DNA from: Gammaproteobacteria bacterium
GTDB lineage: Bacteria > Pseudomonadota > Gammaproteobacteria > Steroidobacterales > XN24
NCBI GenBank assembly: GCA_035514535.1
Contig: DATKAZ010000108.1
Coordinates: forward strand, 9,442-73,441
Direction: 5' to 3'
Length of the DNA stretch: 64,000 bases
In this document: in pieces, positions 22,795-36,074 of the stretch
How positions within the stretch are numbered: the stretch's first letter is position 1
How the letters are laid out: each line of letters starts with the position of its first letter
Program-made: the position numbers and the translations under genes
The notes under the pieces: generated by a model
Databases searched by the model: none
The model's input: the letters and a program-made list of their open reading frames with translations, nothing else
What the model was told of the DNA's origin: nothing

Positions 22795-24249
22795 TCAGCG
22801 CGCCTCCTGCGTCGGGGCGGGGATTTCGCCCGGCGGCCTGAGCCAGCCGTCCACTTCCTCGATGTCGGCCTCCTGCAGCGTGCCCGCGGCCTGCTTGAGC
22901 AGCAATGCATTCACGACGTAGGTGTAGCGGCTGTTGGCGTAGTCGCGCTGGGCCTCGAACAACTGGCGCCGCGACTGCAGCACGTCGACGGTCGTGCGCG
23001 TGCCGACCTCGAAGCCCGCCTCGGTGGCGCGCAGCGCCGTCTGGCTGGATTCCACCGCCTGGGCGAGCGCCTGGACGCGGCTGATCTCGGAATTGACGGA
23101 CAGGAACGAGTCTCGGGTCTGGCGTTCGGTCTGGCGCGCGACCCGCTCGAGCTGGTGCTGGCTGCTCTGGTGCAGGTAGGTGGCTTCCCGGACCCTGGAG
23201 GCCACCGCGCCGCCGGAATAGAACGGGACCCTGACCTGGATGCCGTAGCTGTCCTGCCAGAAGTTGCTGTCGGCGGGGAGGTACGGCTGCGGCTCGGGTT
23301 CCGGTTCGCCCGGCAAGGGCTGCGGCCGGTCCTGCCGTAGTGCCGTCGTAGTGCTGTTGCCGCGGGCGACGAACAGGTCCAGCGACGGGTAATGCCCGCT
23401 GCGGCTCACCGCGATGCCGTCGCGGCTGATGTCCGCGGCAAGGCGCGCAGCCTCCAGGCTCAGGTTGCGCGTGAGCGCCGTGCGGACCCATTCATCGACG
23501 TCGGCCGGCTCGGGCGGGATCAGCGGCGTGTCGGGGCCGGCGTCGGCGAGATCCTGGTAGTACTCGCCGGTGATTTCGCGCAGGAACTCGCGCGCGGTCG
23601 CGAGCGAGCGCTTGGCCTCGATCACCGTGGCCGTGGCGGAGTCATAACTGGCTTGCGCCTCTTGCACGTCCGTGATCGCGGAGAGGCCGACCTCGAAGCG
23701 CTTTTCGGCCTGCTCGAGCTGACGGCCGATCGCTTCCTTGGCGGCTTCCGAGGCGAGCAGGGTCGCGCGGGCGCCGAGAATGTCGAAATAACGCTGGGCG
23801 ACACGGGCCATCAGGTCCTGTTCGGCGGCACGATATTCCGCCTCGGCCCGGGCGAGTTCCTTGTCGGCCTGGCGCAGGGCGACCCACTGGTCCCAGCGGA
23901 ACAGCGTCTGGGTCAACCGCAGCTGCCACTGGCGCAGCGGCTCGACATCCTGCTGGAAGCCCGCGGTCAGGGTCACAATCTGGCCGGACTCCAGCTGTTG
24001 CGTGAAGTTCTGGGTGCCCGAGCGATCCTGGTACTCGTAGCTGCCGGTGCCCTCGATCTGGGGCAGCAGTGCGGCCCTCGCCTGGGGGCGGGCCTCGAGC
24101 GTGGCAAGGCGGTTGGCGGCGGCCTCGCGCAATGTGGGGTCGCTGCGCTGGGCATCGCGGTAGGCGTCCAGCAGGCTGACGGCCTGGGCTTGCGGGGAGG
24201 CCAGCAGGGCCAGGGCCGTGAGCAACGGTGGCAGGCGGTACAGGTTCAT
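22795..24249 (-). CDS. tolC: TolC-family outer-membrane channel
   Basis: Signal peptide, SLLDAYRDA..SDP, ARAALLPQ, RFEVGL.AITDV.EA, HYPSLDL and GFEVGTRTTVDVL. Confidence 0.95.
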   Translation of the reverse strand: MNLYRLPPLLTALALLASPQAQAVSLLDAYRDAQRSDPTLREAAANRLATLEARPQARAALLPQIEGTGSYEYQDRSGTQNFTQQLESGQIVTLTAGFQQDVEPLRQWQLRLTQTLFRWDQWVALRQADKELARAEAEYRAAEQDLMARVAQRYFDILGARATLLASEAAKEAIGRQLEQAEKRFEVGLSAITDVQEAQASYDSATATVIEAKRSLATAREFLREITGEYYQDLADAGPDTPLIPPEPADVDEWVRTALTRNLSLEAARLAADISRDGIAVSRSGHYPSLDLFVARGNSTTTALRQDRPQPLPGEPEPEPQPYLPADSNFWQDSYGIQVRVPFYSGGAVASRVREATYLHQSSQHQLERVARQTERQTRDSFLSVNSEISRVQALAQAVESSQTALRATEAGFEVGTRTTVDVLQSRRQLFEAQRDYANSRYTYVVNALLLKQAAGTLQEADIEEVDGWLRPPGEIPAPTQEAR

Positions 24250-24281
24250 CGGTCAATCCTTGCAGCTGCAGAGAGGTACCT

Positions 24282-24307
24282 TGGTGATATAGTTAGCTAT
24301 ATCACCA
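24282..24307. promoter_or_regulatory. AT-rich inverted repeat, putative repressor operator upstream of tolC
   Basis: TGGTGATATAG-TTAG-CTATATCACCA: perfect 11-bp arms, 32 nt upstream of the tolC ATG. Confidence 0.6.
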
Positions 24308-24354
24308 TATCGCCGCCCCGGAGGCAAGTGAGGGTCGGCCAGTGAGCATCGCCA

Positions 24355-24675
24355 TCAATAAGGCGGGATGGAAGGATCCAGTTGCTCGGACCACGCCAGG
24401 ATGCCGCCTGCCAGGTTCCAGACCCGCTGGTAGCCCTGCTGTTCGAGGAAGCGCGCCACCTGGGCACTGCGCCCGCCGCTGCGGCACAACACCACGATGT
24501 CCTGCTCCGGCTCCAGCTCGCCGAGCCGCGCGGGAATATCGCCCATGGGAATATGTACGGCGTCATCGATGCGCGCGATTGCGAGCTCCCATTCTTCACG
24601 GATATCGAGCAGCATCGGCGGCTGTCCGGCCGCGGCGCGCGCCGCAAACTCCCCGGGGCTCATTTCTTTCATCAT
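24355..24675 (-). CDS. Rhodanese-like domain protein
   Basis: LLDIREEWE, HIPM, CRSGGRS, NLAGGILAW and C-terminal DPSIPPY. Confidence 0.92.
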   Translation of the reverse strand: MMKEMSPGEFAARAAAGQPPMLLDIREEWELAIARIDDAVHIPMGDIPARLGELEPEQDIVVLCRSGGRSAQVARFLEQQGYQRVWNLAGGILAWSEQLDPSIPPY

Positions 24676-25325
24676 CAGAACACGAACTCCTCGAGCGGCG
24701 GGGCGCTGTCCAGTGGCGCCAGGCAGGTCTCGAAAATTCCTTCCCTGCGCCAGCCGGTCTCGTCGACCCGGGTGATTCTGCTCGCCTGCATGAGCGGCGG
24801 TTTGCCGGTCACGACGAACAGGCGCCCACCGACGGCGAGCCGGTGTTCCAGCTGAGCGGCCGGGGCGGGCAGCGAGCCATCGACACATACGACATCGAAG
24901 CGCCCCGGGAATTCCATGGTCAAGCCGTCGCCGTCCAGTACCTCTGCATTGTCGATACCGAGGCTTGCGAGGTTGCGTCGCGCCGCGGCCGCCAGCGCGG
25001 CATGCGACTCGACCGCGGTCACCCGGCCGGCGAGGCGCGCGAGGCAGGCGGTCAGGTACCCGGTGCCGCTGCCGACCTCGAGCACGCTTTCGCCGGCTTG
25101 CGGCAGGAGAGCCTGCAGCGCACGGCCCTGGATTTTCGGCGGCGGCAGGAGCCTGCCTTGCCCGAGCGGTATCTCCACGTCCGCGTAGGCGAGCGTGCGC
25201 CAGTCCGGCGGCACGAAGAGTTCGCGGGGCAGCGCGGCCATGACGGCCAGCACGCGCTCGTCGAGCACGTCCCAGGCGCGCAGTTGCTGGCCGATCATCT
25301 GCTGTCGAGCGCTTTCGAGGTCCAT
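24675..25325 (-). CDS. pcm: Protein-L-isoaspartate O-methyltransferase family protein
   Basis: ARQQMIGQQLRAWDV, PRE.FVP, AYAD, VLEVGSGTGY and L..GGRLF motifs. Confidence 0.9.
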   Translation of the reverse strand: MDLESARQQMIGQQLRAWDVLDERVLAVMAALPRELFVPPDWRTLAYADVEIPLGQGRLLPPPKIQGRALQALLPQAGESVLEVGSGTGYLTACLARLAGRVTAVESHAALAAAARRNLASLGIDNAEVLDGDGLTMEFPGRFDVVCVDGSLPAPAAQLEHRLAVGGRLFVVTGKPPLMQASRITRVDETGWRREGIFETCLAPLDSAPPLEEFVF

Positions 25326-25378
25326 GAATGAAGTTGCGAACCGAGGGCCCGCGAGGGCCGGAAGGTGGTCGAGGTTAG

Positions 25379-27451
<2,073 letters not shown>

Positions 27452-27473
27452 GGCAGCCAGGAGAACGCCGGCG

Positions 27474-29723
27474 ATGCCGTTGATCGAGACCGTCACGATG
27501 GCCCTGGCCGCAGCCGCGCTCGGCTATCTCGCCGTGGTCGTGTGGCGCCGCCGCTCCGCGCCGGGCGAGGAGCACGGCATGCGGATGAGCATGGCGGAGG
27601 CCGGCGAGCAGCGCGTGGCGGCGCGCGGCGAGGCACGCCAGCCGCCGGGCGGGCGCGGACCCGAGGCGGGCAATCCGCTGGCCGTGTTTGCCGAGCAGCC
27701 GCTGTTCATGCGTCTCGCCGACAGGGTCAGCGACGCGGTGCTGCTGCACGACGGGGAGATTCACTACTCGAACCCGGCGGCCGACGCGTTGCTCGCCATG
27801 GGTGATTCGCTCGTGGGCCGGCGTCTCGCGGACATCGTGCTCCCGGCAAATCACGAGGCACTGGAATCCTGGCTGAACGCGCGCCGGGCGGGCCGCCAGT
27901 CGGCGGTACGCCTGACCCTGCGGGACGGCCGGGACGCCGAGATCGAGTGCGAGCTCGCCGGATTCCCGACGGCGGGCGAGGGCGGCGTCGTCGGCACGGT
28001 GGTGCGCCGGACCCAGGATGAACTGCTGCGCTCCGCGCGCCAGCAGGGCACGCGCCTCGCGGAGGCCACGCTGGAATCGATCGGCGAAGGCGTCATCACG
28101 ATGGACACGCGCGGCCACATCGATTACCTGAATTCCGCCGCGGCCGCGCTGCTCGGCTGCGGGCGCGAGCGCGCGCAGGGCCGACGGCTCAACGACCTGG
28201 TCGCGCTGGTCGACGAGACCGACCGGCGCGCGCTCGGCGATCCCGTGGCGCGCTGCCTGGAGGAACGTTGCCAGGTCGATCTCGGCCGCCGCGCTCTGCT
28301 GGTATCGCGCGCCACGGGCAACGAGTTCTCGGTGGAGCTGCACGCCTCGCCGATAGTGGCCACGGGGCGGGAGTCCAGCGGCTGCGTCGTGGTGTTGCGC
28401 GATGTCTCCGAGATCCGCGGCATCACGCGCCAGATGTCCTACCAGGCGAGCCACGATCCGCTGACCGGGCTGGCGAACCGGCGCGAGTTTGAACGCCGGC
28501 TCGACGATGTACTGAAGTTCACGAGGACGGGCAGCAGCGGCCACGTGCTGTGCTACCTGGACCTCGACCGGTTCAAGGCCGTCAACGACACGAGCGGCCA
28601 CACGGCGGGCGATAACATGCTGCGCGAGCTCGCCGGGATCCTGAAGGAAAAGATTCGCGATTCCGACACTGTGGCGCGTATCGGCGGCGACGAATTCGGC
28701 ATCCTGTTGATCGGCTGCCCGCTTGACAAGGCGCGCCAGATCGCCGACGACGTATGCGCCGCCATACGGGATTATCGCTTCGTGTGGCGCGACAAGATTT
28801 TCACCGTCGGGGCCAGTATCGGCCTCGTGCAGATCGGCCCGGAGAGCGGTTCCATCGAAGACTGTTTGAGCGCCGCGGACTCGGCCTGCTACATCGCGAA
28901 GCAGCAGGGCCGCGGGCGCATCCATGTCTACTCGGCGCGTGACGAGGCGATCGCGCGGCAGCGCGGCGAGATCGTCTGGCTGCAGCGCCTGCAGTCCGCC
29001 CTCAAGGAGAATCGCTTCGAGCTGCACACGCAGCCGATCGTCGCCGTCGGCGGCCGGCCGGATTCGGGCCCGGCCTTCGAGGTGCTCCTGCGAATGCGGG
29101 ATGAGGACGGCAGCGAGAGCCACCCCATCGACTTCATGCACGCGGCGGAACGCTATCACCTCATGCCGAGTGTGGACCGCTGGGTACTGCAGACGGCCTT
29201 CGCCGCGATCGGTGCCGGCGTGCTGAAGTTGCCGCAAGGCCGCAGCGTGGCCGTGAACGTCTCGGGCCAGACGCTGGCGGACCCGCAGTTTCTCGAGTTC
29301 GTCGTGGATTGCCTCGACCGCAGCGGCGTGCAGCCCGCCCAGGTCTGCTTCGAGCTGGCGGAGTCCGCGGTCGCGGCCAACATGAGCCATGCGGCGCGAT
29401 TCGTCGCGGTGCTCCACGGCCTCGGTTGCCGCTTCGCACTGGACGACTTCGGCAGCGGGCTGGGCTCGTTCACCAACCTCAAGCAGTTGTCGATGGACTA
29501 CCTGAAGATCGACGGCTCATATATCCGCAGCCTCGGCACGGATGATGTCAGCATGGCGATGGTCACCGCGATGATCGACCTGGCCCGCAGCCTGGGGATC
29601 AAGGTCGTCGCTGAGCATGTCGAGACGGAGCAGGCCTTCGAGATGGTGCGCGCCCTCAAGGTCGATTTCGTGCAGGGCTTCGCGGTGGGCCGGCCGAAGC
29701 CGCTCGGCATCGCCGGCCACTGA
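27474..29723 (+). CDS. Membrane-anchored PAS-PAS-GGDEF-EAL c-di-GMP enzyme
   Basis: N-terminal TM, two PAS-like segments, HDPLTGLANR, RDSD I-site plus RIGGDEF, EVLLR, DDFGSG, KIDG, AEHVE and QGF; AGGAG RBS. Confidence 0.92.
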   Translation: MPLIETVTMALAAAALGYLAVVVWRRRSAPGEEHGMRMSMAEAGEQRVAARGEARQPPGGRGPEAGNPLAVFAEQPLFMRLADRVSDAVLLHDGEIHYSNPAADALLAMGDSLVGRRLADIVLPANHEALESWLNARRAGRQSAVRLTLRDGRDAEIECELAGFPTAGEGGVVGTVVRRTQDELLRSARQQGTRLAEATLESIGEGVITMDTRGHIDYLNSAAAALLGCGRERAQGRRLNDLVALVDETDRRALGDPVARCLEERCQVDLGRRALLVSRATGNEFSVELHASPIVATGRESSGCVVVLRDVSEIRGITRQMSYQASHDPLTGLANRREFERRLDDVLKFTRTGSSGHVLCYLDLDRFKAVNDTSGHTAGDNMLRELAGILKEKIRDSDTVARIGGDEFGILLIGCPLDKARQIADDVCAAIRDYRFVWRDKIFTVGASIGLVQIGPESGSIEDCLSAADSACYIAKQQGRGRIHVYSARDEAIARQRGEIVWLQRLQSALKENRFELHTQPIVAVGGRPDSGPAFEVLLRMRDEDGSESHPIDFMHAAERYHLMPSVDRWVLQTAFAAIGAGVLKLPQGRSVAVNVSGQTLADPQFLEFVVDCLDRSGVQPAQVCFELAESAVAANMSHAARFVAVLHGLGCRFALDDFGSGLGSFTNLKQLSMDYLKIDGSYIRSLGTDDVSMAMVTAMIDLARSLGIKVVAEHVETEQAFEMVRALKVDFVQGFAVGRPKPLGIAGH

Positions 29724-29825
29724 CCGCCAGGGTCTACCAAGCCCGGATCGAGTCGCTATAATGCCCGGCTTGCGTTGGCCGGCGCGAGGCCGTGCCGGGC
29801 TCGAGATCACTGGAGAGAAGCTGAC

Positions 29826-31844
<2,019 letters not shown>

Positions 31845-31900
31845 GAAGAAGAGGCTCGCGCGGAGACGCCAAGGGGCAGAGCCGCGCGAAAATCTTCTTC
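31845..31900. terminator. Imperfect hairpin between the convergent hppA and pfp genes
   Basis: GAAGAAGA-GGC-TCGCGCGG ... CCGCGCGA-AAA-TCTTCTTC. Confidence 0.5.
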
Positions 31901-31905
31901 TTTCC

Positions 31906-33159
31906 TCAGGCCTCCCAGGCCGGCAACTTCTTCTTCGCCAACTGGTTTTTCAGGCGGACGTACTGCGGCAGCCCGTCGCGATACGGCGGGTAATCCTCGC
32001 CTTTGATCAGCGGCGCCAGGTAGCGGCGGCAGGCCGCAGTGATATGGAAGCCGTCCGCCGCGATGTATTTCTTCGGCAGCGTCTTCTCGACGTTCGCGAC
32101 CTTCGCCAGGTCCGCCTGGCCGACCTTCCAGCGGTAGGGCTTGTCCGAGGTCCGGACGATCACCGGCAGCTTGCCGTGCACACCTGCGAGCGCCATCTCC
32201 ACCGCGGCCTTGCCCATCGCGTAGGCCTGCTCGACATCGACTCGCGACGCGATATGGCGGGCGGAGCGCTGCAGGTAGTCGGCCACGGCCCAGTGGAACT
32301 TGTAGCCCAGCCGGCCGCGCACGATCCCGGCGAGATGCGGTGCGACGCCGCCGAGCTGCGCATGGCCGAACGCATCCTTGGTGCCGGACTCGGCGACGAA
32401 GCTGCCGTCCGGCCGGCGAATGCCCTCCGATGCGACCACGACGCAGCTGTCGTGGCGCTCGACGCTCTCGCGCACTTTGTCGATGAACCGGTCCTGGTCG
32501 AACGGCACCTCGGGGAACAGGATGATATGCGGCGGTTCGCTGCGGTCCTTGCCCGCCAGCCCGCCGGCCGCGGCGATCCAGCCCGCGTGGCGACCCATGA
32601 CCTCGAGAATGAACACCTTGGTCTGCGGCATAGAGCCGACGTCGATGCCGGCCTCCAGCGTGGACACCGCGACGTACTTCGCCACCGAGCCGAATCCCGG
32701 GCAGTTGTCCGTAACCGGCAGGTCGTTGTCCACGGTTTTCGGCACGCCGACGCAGGTGATGTCGTAGTCCATCTGTCTCGCGACCTGCGCGATCTTGTTG
32801 GCCGTGTCCATCGAATCGCCGCCGCCGTTGTAGATGAAGTAGCCGATATCGTGCGCGCGAAACACCTCGATCAGGCGCCGGTATTCGGCCGCGCTCTGCT
32901 CGATGCTCTTCAGCTTGTAGCGCACCGAGCCGAAGGCTCCGCCCGGCGTGTGGCGCAGCGCCGCGATCGCCCCGGCAGGCTCCTTGCTCGTGTCGATCAA
33001 CTCCTCGCGCAGTGCGCCGACGATACCCATCTTGCCGGCCAGCACCTTGCCGACGCGATCGCGCCGCGCGCGGGCGGTCTCGATGACGGCGCAGGCCGTG
33101 GCATTGATGACGGCCGTAACACCGCCCGACTGGGCATAGAACAGGTTCCGCTTCTTCAT
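31906..33159 (-). CDS. pfp: 6-phosphofructokinase, pyrophosphate-dependent type
   Basis: YAQSGGVTAVIN, NGGGDS (Asp), PKTVDND (Lys), EVMGRHAGW, DAFGHAQLGG and YLQRSARH. The Asp/Lys pair is the PPi signature. Confidence 0.9.
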   Translation of the reverse strand: MKKRNLFYAQSGGVTAVINATACAVIETARARRDRVGKVLAGKMGIVGALREELIDTSKEPAGAIAALRHTPGGAFGSVRYKLKSIEQSAAEYRRLIEVFRAHDIGYFIYNGGGDSMDTANKIAQVARQMDYDITCVGVPKTVDNDLPVTDNCPGFGSVAKYVAVSTLEAGIDVGSMPQTKVFILEVMGRHAGWIAAAGGLAGKDRSEPPHIILFPEVPFDQDRFIDKVRESVERHDSCVVVASEGIRRPDGSFVAESGTKDAFGHAQLGGVAPHLAGIVRGRLGYKFHWAVADYLQRSARHIASRVDVEQAYAMGKAAVEMALAGVHGKLPVIVRTSDKPYRWKVGQADLAKVANVEKTLPKKYIAADGFHITAACRRYLAPLIKGEDYPPYRDGLPQYVRLKNQLAKKKLPAWEA

Positions 33160-33318
33160 CCTTGCTCCTGTGTTCGCGTCCTGGGGGGCCTGGAAAGCAT
33201 AGCGGATCGGTACTGCGGCGGTCAGCCTCGCCGCGAGGGATTTGACCGCACATGGACGGGGCGGCAAGCTTGGTTGCCCGGCCGGTACGGCCGTGCGACA
33301 GCTAGGGGGAGAAGGCGA

Positions 33319-33963
33319 ATGCGCATCGTTCTGCTCGGTGCCCCGGGCTCGGGCAAGGGCACCCAGGCGAAGAAGCTCGTGGCCGACTACGGTTTTCCGC
33401 AGGTATCGACTGGCGACCTGCTCAGGGACGCGGTCGCGCGCGGCACGGAGCATGGCCTCAGGGCCAAGGCCGCGATGGACGCGGGCAAACTGGTCTCTGA
33501 CGACATCGTGCTCGGCATCCTGAAGGACCGCATTGCCCAGCCCGATGCGGAGCAGGGCTTCATTCTCGACGGCTTCCCGCGCAACCTCGCACAGGCCGAG
33601 GCGCTCGAGGGCGTTCTCGCGGAGCTCGGCAAGCCGCTCGACGCCGCCGTGCTGATGGATCTCGACTTCGCGATCCTCATGAAGCGCCTCACCGGGCGGC
33701 GCAGCTGCACGGGCTGCGGCCGGGTCTACAACATCCACTTCCTGCCGCCGCCGGCCGACGGGCGCTGCGGCAGCTGCGGCGGCGAACTCGTGCAGCGCGC
33801 CGACGACAAGGAAGAGACGATCGCGCGGCGACTCGAAGTCTACCGCGCCGAGACCGAGCCGCTGGTGAACCATTACCGCGGCGCCGGCAAGCTCAGGACG
33901 GTAGACGCGGAAGGCGAGCTGGACGAAGTCTACGCGCGCCTGGTAGCTGCGCTCGGCCTGTAG
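33319..33963 (+). CDS. adk: Adenylate kinase with a Zn-type lid
   Basis: GAPGSGKGTQA, STGDLLR, GFILDGFPR, CTGC...CGSC lid and QRADD. Confidence 0.98.
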   Translation: MRIVLLGAPGSGKGTQAKKLVADYGFPQVSTGDLLRDAVARGTEHGLRAKAAMDAGKLVSDDIVLGILKDRIAQPDAEQGFILDGFPRNLAQAEALEGVLAELGKPLDAAVLMDLDFAILMKRLTGRRSCTGCGRVYNIHFLPPPADGRCGSCGGELVQRADDKEETIARRLEVYRAETEPLVNHYRGAGKLRTVDAEGELDEVYARLVAALGL

Positions 33964-33966
33964 CAA

Positions 33967-34378
33967 CGCCGGGGACATTGCTCGGGGCCACTGCTCGGGG
34001 ACACTGCTTTCAAGCTGTGTCCCCTTCTTGAATTGAGCAGGACCGCGGGACCGCGCCGTCATAGGCCCGCTTCGCTCGGGAAATCTTATCTCCCTCAGCG
34101 GGCCTATGACGTCCCGATCCCGCTACCCCATCGACGAGTTCAGCCTCGCCGGGCCGCCGCCTCGGCAAAATCGCCGCCACGTTGCTGCAGCGCCGCCCGA
34201 CAGCGTCGACCTCATCGACTGCGCAGCGGGACCGGAACGTCACATGCTTGCCGCGCGGCATAAGAATTCCAAGCGCGGGGAGCATGTGACGGTGCGGTCC
34301 CGCGGTCCCCTGGCGAATAAGGGGACACAGCTTGAAAGCAGTGTCCCCGAGCAGTGGCCCCGAGCAGTGTCCTTGGCG
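33967..34378. mobile_element. Non-coding composite palindromic element (REPIN/MITE-like)
   Basis: 54-bp terminal inverted repeats at 33973-34026 and 34319-34372 (1 mismatch), built from GGGGACACTGC units. They enclose four alternating copies of a GCGGGAYCGNNNCGTCA unit. No credible CDS. Confidence 0.7.
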
Positions 34379-34380
34379 GC

Positions 34381-35478
34381 CTAGGCGGCCTCGAGCAGGC
34401 GCAGGAGTTCCTCGCCGGCAAGCTCGCGGCGCCAGCCCGACAGCAGTGGCAGATCGCGCCGTCCCCTCACCAGCGCCTCGACCTCCCTGCGCGTCGCCAG
34501 CAGCGGCGCGGACACGCGATGCTGTTCGGCCAGCTGCCGCAGGCGGGCCAGCAGGCGGCGCGCCAGGCGGTCCTGCGCGGGCTCGAGCCGTGCCGGTGCA
34601 GATGACACGGGCGGCTCGACGTGCGCGGCCTCGCGCAGCAGCCCGAGCAACGCGTCACTGTGCCGGCGCAAGATCGACGGCGGCAGGGCGTCCAGCCTGG
34701 CCAGCGCGTCGTGGTCGTCGGGATTGCACTCCGCAAGGGCGAGGATCGAATCGTCCTTCAGGATCCAGCGCCGCGGCCGGTTGCAGCGGCGCGCCTCCTC
34801 TTCGCGCCAGCGGGCCAGCGCGGCGATGCGGGCGAGGGTTGCTCCCTGTGCGTGGCCGGCACCCTTGACCCGGCGCCACGCGCCCTCCGCGTCGAACGCA
34901 TAGAGATCCGGATCGCACAGTCCCGCGCTTTCATTCGCCACCCAGTCGCGGCGCCCGAGGGATGCCAGCTTGTCCTCCAGGCGCTCGGCCAGCGGCAGCA
35001 GCCACAGCACGTCCGCGGCGGCATAGTTCAGTTGCTCGGCGGACAGCGGGCGACGGCTCCAGTCCGTGCGCGCATGGTCCTTCGGCAGCGTGACGCCCAG
35101 CTCCGCGCCGGTGAGCTGGGTGTAGCCCACCTGGTCCGGGTAGCCGAGCATGGCGGCGGCGATCTGCGTGTCCCACACTGGCCCGGGGACGGCACCGAGA
35201 TGCTCGTTCAGCACTTCCAGGTCCTGGCGCGCGGAATGGAACACCTTGCGCACGGCGGCATCGGCGAGCACGCCGGCGAACGCGCCGGGCCCGTCCAGCG
35301 CGAGCATGTCGAGGCACGCGACCCGCTCCCCGTCCGACACCTGCAGCAGGCACAGCTGCGCCGTGTAAGTGCTCTCGCGGACGAATTCCGTGTCCACCGC
35401 GAGTCGCGTCACGCCGGCCCATTCGCGCGCCAGCGCCGCGGCCTCGTCCGCCCGATCGATGAACAGGTAGTCGCTCAT
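34381..35478 (-). CDS. rnd: Ribonuclease D
   Basis: AVDTEF.RE.TY...LCLLQ, KVFHSARQD, DTQIAA, TDWSRRPLS.EQLNYAAADV, and an HRDC region. Confidence 0.96.
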   Translation of the reverse strand: MSDYLFIDRADEAAALAREWAGVTRLAVDTEFVRESTYTAQLCLLQVSDGERVACLDMLALDGPGAFAGVLADAAVRKVFHSARQDLEVLNEHLGAVPGPVWDTQIAAAMLGYPDQVGYTQLTGAELGVTLPKDHARTDWSRRPLSAEQLNYAAADVLWLLPLAERLEDKLASLGRRDWVANESAGLCDPDLYAFDAEGAWRRVKGAGHAQGATLARIAALARWREEEARRCNRPRRWILKDDSILALAECNPDDHDALARLDALPPSILRRHSDALLGLLREAAHVEPPVSSAPARLEPAQDRLARRLLARLRQLAEQHRVSAPLLATRREVEALVRGRRDLPLLSGWRRELAGEELLRLLEAA

Positions 35479-35537
35479 GGCGGGATTATCCCAGATCGGG
35501 GCGGCCGGGTATGATGCCGGCTGCCAAAGGTGATGCC

Positions 35538-36074
35538 ATGCAGCCCCTGATTCGCCTGTTTATCGACATCGCCCTGCACCGCAAAGGACCGCAGGACGTG
35601 CCCGCAGCCGGCCCCGTGCTCGGCCTGGCGCTGTGCGCCTATCTCGCCATGGGCACGGCGACGCTGTGGCCGTCCGTGTCGGGGATGGGTCCGCTCGTCG
35701 GCCAGCTCGCGCTCGACCTGGTGCTCGTCGTAACGGTGTTCGGCGGCCTGCTGGTGGCGACGGGCCGGGCCGGGCGCGTTACCCAGACCCTCGCCGCGAT
35801 GTTCGGCACCGGCGCCCTGCTGAGCGCGCTCGCGCTGCCGTTCGTGTGGGCCGCGGTGAGCGCAATCGCAGACGGCGCGCCGGCGCCGGGACTCGAACTG
35901 CCGGCCCTGCTGAGCAGCCTCGGCCTGCTCCTGATCCTGCTGGCCTCGCTGCTGGTCACCGGGCACATCCTGCGCCATGCGCTCGACTGGAGTTACCCGG
36001 CAGGCGTGCTTGCCGCCGTAATGTACTTCGCCGCCAGCGTCGGCATCTTCCGCAAACTTTTTGCCGTCGCGTGA
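35538..36074 (+). CDS. Hypothetical multi-pass membrane protein
   Basis: About 5 hydrophobic segments, IAL.RKGPQDVP and GHILRHAL; its stop overlaps the mpl start (TGATG). Confidence 0.8.
   Translation: MQPLIRLFIDIALHRKGPQDVPAAGPVLGLALCAYLAMGTATLWPSVSGMGPLVGQLALDLVLVVTVFGGLLVATGRAGRVTQTLAAMFGTGALLSALALPFVWAAVSAIADGAPAPGLELPALLSSLGLLLILLASLLVTGHILRHALDWSYPAGVLAAVMYFAASVGIFRKLFAVA

Noticed and set aside
33971-34372. CRISPR array interpretation of the GGGGACACTGC repeats
   Set aside because: The units are inverted or nested, lack regular 30-40 nt unique spacers, and no cas genes are present.
34010-34384. Short ORFs inside the palindromic element (34010-34285 -, with HVTFR faintly like a RAYT N-terminus; 34106-34384 +; 34033-34263 +)
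   Set aside because: No HUH motif or catalytic Tyr is present. The HVT(F/V)RSR peptide appears on both strands simply because of the inverted repeat.
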